A stretch of 12,313 nt of DNA from Candidatus Bathyarchaeota archaeon (lineage in GTDB: Archaea > Thermoproteota > Bathyarchaeia > Hecatellales > Hecatellaceae), in contig JBQPWD010000010.1 in assembly GCA_052246995.1 (NCBI GenBank), positions 1 through 12,313 on the forward strand. The letters run 5' to 3'. The notes below the pieces were generated by a model, which was given only the letters and a program-made list of their open reading frames with translations, made no database searches and was not told the origin of the DNA. Shown here piece by piece: positions 1 through 7,776 of the stretch. The position numbers were made by a program, and so were the translations under genes. The stretch's first letter is position 1. Every line of letters begins with the position of its first letter.

Positions 1-290
1 TTAAGTTGGCTCCACTTATACTGCCAAAGGTTGAAATAAACGTTTATGGTGTATCCGATGAAGTATGTATTGTAGGCGAGGCAACTGTTAGGGCGTCATC
101 CAACGTAATAGATAGGCTTCATAAGAATGTAGAAAGGCTTAGAAAGCTATATCCCGATAAGATTAGGCCAAGGGTGGTGAAGGTTATCTATACAAGTTTA
201 GCCATGCCAAACCTTGTTGAGAGAGCTGAAAAAGAAGGTATATGGGTTCTCAAGGCTACAGGAGATGTTGTTAAACCATTTGGAGTATAA
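1..290 (+). CDS. 3' end of an archaeal hypothetical protein with a probable PD-(D/E)xK (restriction endonuclease-like) fold, 5'-truncated by the window edge
   Basis: The frame is open from base 3 (aag ttg gct...), so the TTG at 6 is probably not the true start. EINVYG...CIVGEA.VR followed by VIYT...A...GIWVL resembles the C-terminal REase-like domains of archaeal coiled-coil/paREP-type proteins. The usual E-x-K reads E-A-T here. Confidence 0.5.
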   Translation, partial: KLAPLILPKVEINVYGVSDEVCIVGEATVRASSNVIDRLHKNVERLRKLYPDKIRPRVVKVIYTSLAMPNLVERAEKEGIWVLKATGDVVKPFGV

Positions 291-388
291 TACAAGCTAA
301 CGTTTTACCGTAAAGGGTTTATAAGTTTTTGTTTGAATTTACTTTCTATTTTTCACTATAAGTACTAAATTTAAGCTTAAACCTCATG

Positions 389-1057
389 TTAAATGCTTAA
401 AATTATTTTAGTAACCTCTAAAAGGTTGTCTGTTCTGATTACAACATCTGCTACGTTTTTTATTTCCTCATCTTTTGGGTTTAATGCTATTCTAAATCCA
501 GCCTTGTTAAATATTTCAAGGTCATATTTGCTATCTCCAACAACTATAAACTTGGATAATGGTATGCCGCTTTTTTTTGAGATTTCCATTAAAATTTCCA
601 GCTTTTTTCCAGTTTTAACATGAACTTTTTGCTTACCAGTAAAATATCCTTCTTTGTCTAGTTCAAGTTCGTTGGCGTATACGTGTTCTATGCCAACGTC
701 TTTTGCAACCTTTTTAGCCAGTATGTCTAATCCGTAGGTTATCATTATGACTAGGTAGCCTTCATTTTTAAGTTTGGTGATGGCTTCCTTGGCGTTTTTC
801 ATAAGCGTGTAGCTGCTTAAAGCTTTCTCTACTTGCGTGATGTGTGGAAACCTGTTTTTTCCCCATATCTTTTTACCTTCCATCAGAAGTTCGTTAAATC
901 CTATTTCTCCATAATAGTATTTTTCAATAACTTTTTTTGTTTTCTCCCAATCTAGGTTGAAATGTCTACTTATTAACTCCCAGCAGCTTTCCTTAATTAG
1001 CGTACCGTCCATGTCAAAGACAACAACACTATATTTTTTATTCATCTCTTTTTCCAA
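389..1057 (-). CDS. HAD-superfamily subfamily IB phosphatase (phosphoserine phosphatase-like); true start may be the ATG at 1045
   Basis: Motif I FDMDGTL, motif II IMITYG (SerB has S-G-G here), motif III Lys (GKK), motif IV VGDSKYD, and the SerB-typical VYANEL...G.FTG segment. The substrate cannot be determined from sequence. Confidence 0.85.
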   Translation of the reverse strand: MEKEMNKKYSVVVFDMDGTLIKESCWELISRHFNLDWEKTKKVIEKYYYGEIGFNELLMEGKKIWGKNRFPHITQVEKALSSYTLMKNAKEAITKLKNEGYLVIMITYGLDILAKKVAKDVGIEHVYANELELDKEGYFTGKQKVHVKTGKKLEILMEISKKSGIPLSKFIVVGDSKYDLEIFNKAGFRIALNPKDEEIKNVADVVIRTDNLLEVTKIILSI

Positions 1058-1244
1058 CCGACAATTGTTAACCAGCTACCACGATTTTTATGCTAAACCG
1101 TGCAAAGGTTTAAGGAATTATTAAAGGATATTTTTACAAACTCTGATATTTATTTGTTTTTTATTTAAAAAAGAGTGGAAAAATTTTTATCTACAACTTC
1201 TCCGAAAAACTGAAAAAGTTAAGTTTAAGTGTTGAATCTTATTA

Positions 1245-1280
1245 GATAGCATGTCTTGAAAGGATAGCATGTCTTGAAAG
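1245..1280. repeat. Perfect 18-bp tandem duplication (GATAGCATGTCTTGAAAG x2)
   Basis: Copies at 1245-1262 and 1263-1280, in the divergent intergenic region, ending 32 bp before the TTG at 1313. Confidence 0.95.
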
Positions 1281-1312
1281 CTACCTAAAATAAAAAATGG
1301 AACTGTAACAAA

Positions 1313-2743
1313 TTGAGTCTAGTTAAAACTTACCACGAGGTTTTTGATGAAATAGCAATCCTCCGTAATGGCTTCATTATAATGGTTACTGATGAGGCTC
1401 ACTTTGACTCAATGATATTTTTAAATTCTCTTTTATCTGAGTATGCCAAGAAAAAACCGGTTAAGGTTGTTACCATGTATGATGTTTTGACAAGTTTTGG
1501 TCAAGTTAAACTTGATAAAATTAGTTCTTTAAGCGAACTTTCAATTTTTATAGGTCATGTTAGGGAAAATGTTAGGGAGGGTGTGATAATACATCACTAC
1601 TTTCCACATATTCTTGTGCAACATGGTGAGGTAAACACGTTAAAACTGGTAGAGCATTGGCTTACGGAAATTCGTGAAAAACCTTTGCTGGAATTTATAA
1701 CCCTCCCACAGAATACATTTCCAACCTTTGAGAAAACTCTGGATGTTACACTTCCAGGAGTTATTCGTTTAACAGTTAAAAAGGAAAATGAAAGCTATAC
1801 CCGAAGCTTCACCATCTATCGTGCATGTAAACCTGTTTATCATGGAACATCTTTTCCTTACCTTGTAGAAAACGGGAAACTTTTAATAAAATTTGGGAAA
1901 AAATTTATTGATAAGCTACCAATTACTGAAAGCGATAAAATAGAACAAGAAAAACACTACATGCTGGAAAACATAAAAAGGTTAAGGATAGTGTTAAGAA
2001 AACTTGACCCTAAACTTTTTACCCCTTCTGAGTATTTGATTGCAACACAGTTACACACCATGCCATTAATGGAAGTAAAAATGCTTTTTCCCGAATCTTT
2101 TGATGAAATATTAAATAGAATTGCCAGATGGGTTGTTGAAGGTATTGTTGAATTACAAGAGGAAAGTGAGGATATTATACGTGAAGAAAAAATACATCCT
2201 CCAACAAAACGCATTAAAATAGCGTTAAAGCTTCCAAACTGGCTTTTCCTTAAATTTGTTAAAAAACCACATAAAGTTCCACTGGAAAGTTTGCTAAGCT
2301 TAAGGAAAATTATTGAGACAACTTTGCAAATTTATCTTCCAAAAGAGGAAGAACCTTTACAAGCATTAAAATTCTGTGAGAAATTGTCTCATGAGCTTTC
2401 TGCCAGAAGAACCGCGATTTCTCATGCCCTTTCTCTTGGTGAGGATCCTAGGGGAAAGCTAAATTTAAGTTATTTGCCAAAGATAGTTTCTCTTACATTG
2501 GCATCAGGTTTTGGATTTCGTATGTGTGAAACCTCAAGAATTGCTGAAAACGTGTGGAAAGTTAAGGTTAAAGATTGTTTTATTTGTGAAGATGTAAAAT
2601 CAAGCGAACCTGTATGTCACATTGTAAGTGGAACTATTAACGGTGTTTTACCAGTAATGTTTAAAGAAAGTTTCTCATGTGAAGAGGTTGAGTGTAAAGC
2701 TATGGGACATCCTGTTTGTGCATTTATAGTTAGGAGAATGTAG
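1313..2743 (+). CDS. Multidomain sensor: degenerate KaiC/RecA-like N-terminal domain + probable winged HTH + C-terminal V4R domain
   Basis: C-terminal DCFICE...PVCH...G.I.G...CEEVECKAMGHPVCAF is the V4R Cys/Glu pattern. LPGVIRL...RSFTIYR...YHGTSFPYLVENGKLLI resembles the KaiC C-terminal strands (DGVI.L...R.L.I.K.R...H....PY.I...G), but there is no Walker A. The central FTPSEYLI...EILNRIARWVVEGIVEL looks like a wHTH. Confidence 0.75.
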   Translation: MSLVKTYHEVFDEIAILRNGFIIMVTDEAHFDSMIFLNSLLSEYAKKKPVKVVTMYDVLTSFGQVKLDKISSLSELSIFIGHVRENVREGVIIHHYFPHILVQHGEVNTLKLVEHWLTEIREKPLLEFITLPQNTFPTFEKTLDVTLPGVIRLTVKKENESYTRSFTIYRACKPVYHGTSFPYLVENGKLLIKFGKKFIDKLPITESDKIEQEKHYMLENIKRLRIVLRKLDPKLFTPSEYLIATQLHTMPLMEVKMLFPESFDEILNRIARWVVEGIVELQEESEDIIREEKIHPPTKRIKIALKLPNWLFLKFVKKPHKVPLESLLSLRKIIETTLQIYLPKEEEPLQALKFCEKLSHELSARRTAISHALSLGEDPRGKLNLSYLPKIVSLTLASGFGFRMCETSRIAENVWKVKVKDCFICEDVKSSEPVCHIVSGTINGVLPVMFKESFSCEEVECKAMGHPVCAFIVRRM

Positions 2744-4001
2744 ATTCATCAACAATCCATTCAGAGTTTTCAGCTATGTCAAATGCAACCTTATAGTACC
2801 TGTTTAGGTATGTTGGTATTGTCAACATTAAGATTTTAAGTGGTAAAAGTGATTGTAGTAGGGTTATTAAACTTTTAAGGTTCCTTTTCTCCATGACAAG
2901 TTTTCTTAGATTAAAAAGTCTTAGCACCTTTGCACAGAAGAGTAAGGCGTCAGAATCCATAAGCTTTGAACATGTTTTGGCTTTTGCAAGGTAGCTTGCA
3001 CCTGTAAGGTAGAAAATGTCTCCAACACTTATTGTATCATTTATCAAACCATTTTTTTCCACATTTTTAATTAATGTTGTCTCCTTGTTTACTATCTCAT
3101 CTATTGAAACTTTCCCCAGTTCTAATCCAAGCATTAAAGCCGAGTTTACTATGTCGTTTTCCAAGTCTTCTTTAAGGTCTACAACATCATCGTAGAATAG
3201 GGTTGACCTGAAAATTAAGTCTAAACTTTTACCGATAAGATTTATAGCTTTAACTTCATCGTAACCTAATTTCCCCAAAAATTTTTCTAAAAAGCAGAAA
3301 TCCATGTCAACCCATATTTTTCCTATTCCCTTACCTGATATTCTCCGAGAATAGTCTGCTAAAGTAAGGTTGTTGTATGCATATTTATCCCTTTTCTGGT
3401 AAAAGGATTCAAGTTGACCTTTAATACATTCTTCAACATCCCTAGCATATACGTTAAACATTTTAGGCTTACCGCATGTTGAAACTATGGTTTCATAGGT
3501 CCATGAAGCCATAACATGGGATGAGTTTTCAGCTTTACTAACCCAGTCACCGTTAAATTTAACATTAAACTTTCCAGTTGTTAGGGCAAGATTGTAGTTG
3601 TACATGGAGTTTATAGCATCTTTAAAACTGTGTAAAGTATCATTAACATTATCTAAAACTTTGCAGCTTGTACCCATAGCTGTTTTTGCAAATACTGCCA
3701 AGGCTATTGTTTTATCATCAGCAACATTGTAAAGTATCGGGTAGGAGCTTAATGCTCCAAGAAATGCTGCGTAAACGTAATGTTTTTCTTTCATAAGCTT
3801 ATGTTGTTTAAGACTTTCAGCGTTAAGGCAGTTTTCATCCTTTTCAAGTTCTCTAAGTTTTGCTTCAAACATTTTTATAACTGTTCTTGTTGTGTTTAAA
3901 ACCCTGTTAAAGTCTATTGAGGAGTATCTAGCCATATACTTTAAAATGAGAAGTGCTCCAAGCTTATAAAGAAGGTTTAACCCTTCTTTTTTGTTTCCCA
4001 T
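2730..4001 (-). CDS. Class I isoprenoid synthase-fold protein (terpene synthase / polyprenyl synthase / ComQ-like prenyltransferase), divergent
   Basis: First Asp-rich motif variant LDNVND (DNVND at 3639-3653), then GQLES (GQxxD-like), Y..RI.GK (KT-like) and a second motif YDDVVDLKED (DDVVD at 3177-3191), in the order expected for this all-helical fold. SD-like GGGGAG lies upstream of the ATG. Confidence 0.75.
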   Translation of the reverse strand: MGNKKEGLNLLYKLGALLILKYMARYSSIDFNRVLNTTRTVIKMFEAKLRELEKDENCLNAESLKQHKLMKEKHYVYAAFLGALSSYPILYNVADDKTIALAVFAKTAMGTSCKVLDNVNDTLHSFKDAINSMYNYNLALTTGKFNVKFNGDWVSKAENSSHVMASWTYETIVSTCGKPKMFNVYARDVEECIKGQLESFYQKRDKYAYNNLTLADYSRRISGKGIGKIWVDMDFCFLEKFLGKLGYDEVKAINLIGKSLDLIFRSTLFYDDVVDLKEDLENDIVNSALMLGLELGKVSIDEIVNKETTLIKNVEKNGLINDTISVGDIFYLTGASYLAKAKTCSKLMDSDALLFCAKVLRLFNLRKLVMEKRNLKSLITLLQSLLPLKILMLTIPTYLNRYYKVAFDIAENSEWIVDESTFS

Positions 4002-4163
4002 TTTTAAACTCCCCGCAACCTAAAAATCTAGTTTAGGTCATATAAAAGTTACTCAGCTAACCTTTTTAACTTTGAATTCTAGCAAGCTCAACTTCAAAAC
4101 TCCAAGGATGGTAGAACTTTTATAGTTAAATACTAGAATATTATTCTAAGAGGTTTGTGAACT
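4002..4163. promoter_or_regulatory. Divergent archaeal promoter region with TATA-like boxes on both strands and two 7-bp-arm inverted repeats
   Basis: Minus strand: TTTTATAT at about 4040-4047 and GGGGAG at 4009-4014. Plus strand: TTTTATAG at 4118-4125 and GAGGT at 4150-4154. Inverted repeats: ACCTAAA-N7-TTTAGGT (4018-4038) and TAGAATA-T-TATTCTA (4134-4148). Confidence 0.5.
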
Positions 4164-4874
4164 ATGAAATATGTCCCAACAGGAATTGAGGGTTTTGATG
4201 AACTTGTGGGTGGAGGTCTTCCTGAGGGAAGAGTAATAATTGTTATTGGGGGGCCTGGAACAGGTAAAACACTTTTTGGTATGCAATACCTTTATTATGG
4301 TGCAACAAAGTTTGGAGAGAAAGGCGTCTTTGTTTCTCTTGATGAACCAGCTGAAAAGCTTAAAAATAACATGGCTTCCTTTGGTTTTGACATTGACAAG
4401 CTTCAAAAAGAGGGGAAGATTTCAATTTTAGAAGTATCTCCAACCCAGTTTGTCTCAATTAAACCAAGTGGGCTTATACATCTTTTAAAGGATGCTGTTA
4501 AATCTTTCCCGGATATTAAAAGAATTGTGTTGGATCCTATAACAAGCATGGTTATCCAGGAGAAGGATATTTACCATAGGAGGCTTGAGGTTGTACGCTT
4601 GTTTAGCTTTTTAGCGGATACTGGATGTACAGCTGTTGTAACTTCGGAAAGTCGTTTTTCAATTCTTAGACGTAGATTTAACGTTGAAGAGTTTCTCTCT
4701 GATGGGGTTATTATTCTACATAAGTTTATTATTAAAGGTAGGGTTGCTCATGCGGTGCAGGTTGAAAAGATGCGTGGAGTTATTCATGATACACAGCTTC
4801 ACCCATACAGAATTTTAAAGAACAAGGGTATTACCGTCTATCCAAAGGAGTATGTTATAGAGCTTCAACAGTAG
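4164..4874 (+). CDS. Single-domain KaiC-like RecA-superfamily ATPase (COG0467 / KaiC-GvpD-RAD55 family)
   Basis: VPTGIEGFDELVGGGLPEGR start, Walker A GGPGTGKT (4248-4271), SLDEP catalytic acid, Walker B RIVLDP, TSE, VEEFLSDGVIIL, VEKMRG (Arg finger) and H...PY.I...GI.VYP. Confidence 0.92.
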   Translation: MKYVPTGIEGFDELVGGGLPEGRVIIVIGGPGTGKTLFGMQYLYYGATKFGEKGVFVSLDEPAEKLKNNMASFGFDIDKLQKEGKISILEVSPTQFVSIKPSGLIHLLKDAVKSFPDIKRIVLDPITSMVIQEKDIYHRRLEVVRLFSFLADTGCTAVVTSESRFSILRRRFNVEEFLSDGVIILHKFIIKGRVAHAVQVEKMRGVIHDTQLHPYRILKNKGITVYPKEYVIELQQ

Positions 4875-4892
4875 AATGTAAAGTGGGTTTTC

Positions 4893-7694
4893 ATGGGTAA
4901 AGAATGCTACTCTAAAACATGGTTTCTATGTTTAACCATAATTTTTCTTCTAATTTTTTCCTTAACATCCACTTTATCGTTTTCCCAGCAAACCGATGTT
5001 TACAGTTATGATGAAGCGTTGGAGATTATGGTTTCAAGTGGCGACATCTACGGTAGGCTTTCTTTTAACGGTTCTCTTCCAGCAAGCAAGTTTTTACTTG
5101 GTGTTGAAGGTTTAAAAGGTAAGATTTCAAAGGTTAATGTTTGGGTTGTTAATGGTTGTCAACCTTTAACATCTTCAAGGGTTGGAATTCCATCTTTACC
5201 TGAAGGTGTTATTTTAGAGGTTAAGTTTAAGGGTGAGGTTGACTGGAAACTGGCTAGAAATGTTGTTAAAAAGTTTGGTGATAAGTTTAATGTAAACTTT
5301 TTAAACCTTCCATCTTATGAGGACTATCTTAACATTGAGGAAGTAGATAAAGGTAGCCTTATTTTTTATGCAAAGTTAAATGACCTAGGATTATGCTTTA
5401 ACATTTTTAAAGACGAGTTTCTTCCAAGCTTAAACGTTTATGGAGGCTTTCTTTCCCTTCTTAAACCTGAAAACTATGTTAACTCTTCTTTTACAATGTT
5501 TTATGCAAAATTTAACATTGAGAAGGATTCATCTGTTGTAGAGTTTGTTCATCTTTCAAAATCTCCTGCTAAGGTTACTGGTGAAGGTTATTATGCTGTA
5601 AACGTTGAAGGTGTGTTTGGTCATAGTGGTAGTTTAACCCCATCCCGTTACGCTAAACAGTCAACAGTAAGGTTTCACCTTCCAGCCTTAACCGTTGTTA
5701 ATGCTTTAATACCCAACCTTGAGGTTGACTATGATGGTAAGCTTAGCGGTTTGCTTGAGAAAGGTAAAACTTATAGGAGTATAGAGGTTCAATATCTTCC
5801 TTTTACAGATTTTCCCCAGCCAAACCTTACCATTGTAAAGTTTACAAATACAACTACATGGTTAAGCGGTAAAAAAGTTAGAGTTAATATTCAAGTTTCT
5901 AACACTGGAAATGCTGCGGCAAAAAACATTCTGATAGATGATAGTTTAAGTTTTGAGGCTGTTAAGGATTATGCTTCTGTTGTTGAGGGTAAACCTGTTA
6001 AAAACGTGGATGTGCTTCCACCAAAATCGTCAGAATCCTTAACATACACCCTAGAAGTTAAGAAAACACCTACTAAACCTCAATCTTTAAAACTTCCGCC
6101 AACCTACATCCAGTATTCCGACGGGTCTGGGTTAAACATTTACAGAGTTTACTCTAACTCGTTTGTAGTAGGTTTAGGCTGTCCCGTTCCATCCCTATTA
6201 TCCTCGGTTTGGGCTGGTAGCTTACATGGAGAGCCTTTAAAGCAGGAGGTTGCAACAGTTTACCTTTTAAATCTTGGTGAACTTCCAGCTTCAAACGTTG
6301 AAGTATCCTTTAAAAACGAGGTAGGTGAAGAGGTAAGAAAGGTTTTAGAGATTCCACCTTTAAACGAGGTTTACTTAAACTTTGACTTTATCTCTTCTGG
6401 ATTAAATTTAACCTACAACCTTAACAGTTTAACTGTTATTAAATATGAGGGTAAAGTTGGCATGGACAGGTATACTTTAAACGTTGAACCCTCAACTTAC
6501 ACGATGAGATTTTCTAAAGTAAGGTTTATAGATTTTACTTTTCTAAGAAGCCTTAAATCTCCATATACAGTTATAGGTGGATTGGTTAATGTTAACGAAA
6601 ACTTGGCTGTTAAAGGTGTTTTTAAACCTGTTTCAGCCTTGCTGTTAAACGTACTGCCTGAGAATGTTAGCTATGTTGGGGGCGACTTCTTAGTAAAAAA
6701 TGAGACGTTGTCGGTAGTATTTAAATCCTTAGAAATTTCTCAGGATGGAAACCTTCTCTTTAACTATCTTTTAACTTTAAACAATGCTGGAAGCTTTACG
6801 CTTCCACCACCACTACTTATTTTTCACTCTTCAAAACCGTTTGTAGACTATAGAGTTTATCTTGGAGATCCCTCTATGCTTAAGTGTTTAAATGTTCGTT
6901 TTGTTAAAACCTCAAGTCTTAGGGTGTTTGCTGGTGAGCCGTTAACGGTTACTTTTAAGATTCAAAATAGAGAACCTAAACCACTATTAAATGTTAAAGT
7001 TTCTGATAGTAAACCTGAACAGTTTAAGCTTGTTTCAGGCAGTTTAGAGTTTACAATTCCATCTGTTGATGCAGGTCAAGAGTTGTCAAGGTCGTACCAG
7101 TTGTCAGCAGATGTTCTTGGAAGATACACTCTTCCATCTGCAAGCTTAACCTTTACTTATGATGGTGTTGAGCTTAATTCAGCATCAAACCAAGTTTCAG
7201 GTTTAGCTGTTATTCCAAAACTTGTTATTACTAAAAGTGTGGATAAAACTGAGCTTAACATTGGAGATACGTTAAACATTCAGATAACTGTTCAAAACCC
7301 GACAAACTTAACATTTTACGGTGTATCTATCTTTGACCCTGTAATTACAGGTTTCACCATCAAGTCTGGAAGTAACATGCTTAAAGGTTTAACAATTAAC
7401 CCAGGTGAGTCTAAAGTTCTTGTTTACCAAGTTGAGGCTAAAATGGAGGGTGATTTTCTTCTTTTACCTGCCTATGTAACCTACAATTATGGTGGTGAGG
7501 AGGTTAAGGTTGATTCTCAAATATACACTTTAAAGGTTGGACCTTCAATGATGCCTCTTCTAGTAGGCTCGGTTGTTGCTGTTGTTGCTTTAGCTATTTT
7601 TGTTTCCTACTTCTTCCTTCTACGTGAAAGGAGAGGTGTAAAAAAGGTTAGCAAAAAAGAGGTTGAGGAGCTTCCTGAAGAAGAATTTATATAG
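4893..7694 (+). CDS. Large membrane-anchored cell-surface (glyco)protein with several Ig-like DUF11/BatD/CARDB-type repeats
   Basis: N-terminal signal peptide (KTWFLCLTIIFLLIFSL...), C-terminal TM helix (LLVGSVVAVVALAIFVSYFFLL) and a charged cytoplasmic tail. Repeated L.I.K......G..h.V.I.V.N.......V.I.D and Y.L......G.h.LP.A.hTY motifs. Eight N-X-S/T sequons counted. Confidence 0.8.
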   Translation: MGKECYSKTWFLCLTIIFLLIFSLTSTLSFSQQTDVYSYDEALEIMVSSGDIYGRLSFNGSLPASKFLLGVEGLKGKISKVNVWVVNGCQPLTSSRVGIPSLPEGVILEVKFKGEVDWKLARNVVKKFGDKFNVNFLNLPSYEDYLNIEEVDKGSLIFYAKLNDLGLCFNIFKDEFLPSLNVYGGFLSLLKPENYVNSSFTMFYAKFNIEKDSSVVEFVHLSKSPAKVTGEGYYAVNVEGVFGHSGSLTPSRYAKQSTVRFHLPALTVVNALIPNLEVDYDGKLSGLLEKGKTYRSIEVQYLPFTDFPQPNLTIVKFTNTTTWLSGKKVRVNIQVSNTGNAAAKNILIDDSLSFEAVKDYASVVEGKPVKNVDVLPPKSSESLTYTLEVKKTPTKPQSLKLPPTYIQYSDGSGLNIYRVYSNSFVVGLGCPVPSLLSSVWAGSLHGEPLKQEVATVYLLNLGELPASNVEVSFKNEVGEEVRKVLEIPPLNEVYLNFDFISSGLNLTYNLNSLTVIKYEGKVGMDRYTLNVEPSTYTMRFSKVRFIDFTFLRSLKSPYTVIGGLVNVNENLAVKGVFKPVSALLLNVLPENVSYVGGDFLVKNETLSVVFKSLEISQDGNLLFNYLLTLNNAGSFTLPPPLLIFHSSKPFVDYRVYLGDPSMLKCLNVRFVKTSSLRVFAGEPLTVTFKIQNREPKPLLNVKVSDSKPEQFKLVSGSLEFTIPSVDAGQELSRSYQLSADVLGRYTLPSASLTFTYDGVELNSASNQVSGLAVIPKLVITKSVDKTELNIGDTLNIQITVQNPTNLTFYGVSIFDPVITGFTIKSGSNMLKGLTINPGESKVLVYQVEAKMEGDFLLLPAYVTYNYGGEEVKVDSQIYTLKVGPSMMPLLVGSVVAVVALAIFVSYFFLLRERRGVKKVSKKEVEELPEEEFI

Positions 7695-7703
7695 TAGTTG
7701 TTG

Positions 7704-7723
7704 TTTGTCTTTTTTTTGACAAA
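7704..7723 (+). terminator. Possible archaeal oligo-T terminator after the surface-protein gene
   Basis: A T8 run (7710-7717) about 15 nt after the stop codon, flanked by a short inverted repeat TTTGTC/GACAAA. Confidence 0.35.
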
Positions 7724-7776
7724 AGTTTCTTATACTGGATAGTAAAAAAAAATAAAGTGTTTGAGGCTAGTTAAAG

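Noticed and set aside
389-1057. Assigning serB
   Set aside because: The fold and motifs fit, but motif II is TYG and HAD-IB substrate specificity cannot be read from sequence.
4164-4874. Circadian clock kaiC or DNA-repair radA/radB
   Set aside because: Single domain, no kaiA/kaiB in the window and no CII Ser/Thr pair. The motifs (EEFLSDGVI, KMRG) are COG0467-type rather than RadA/RadB.
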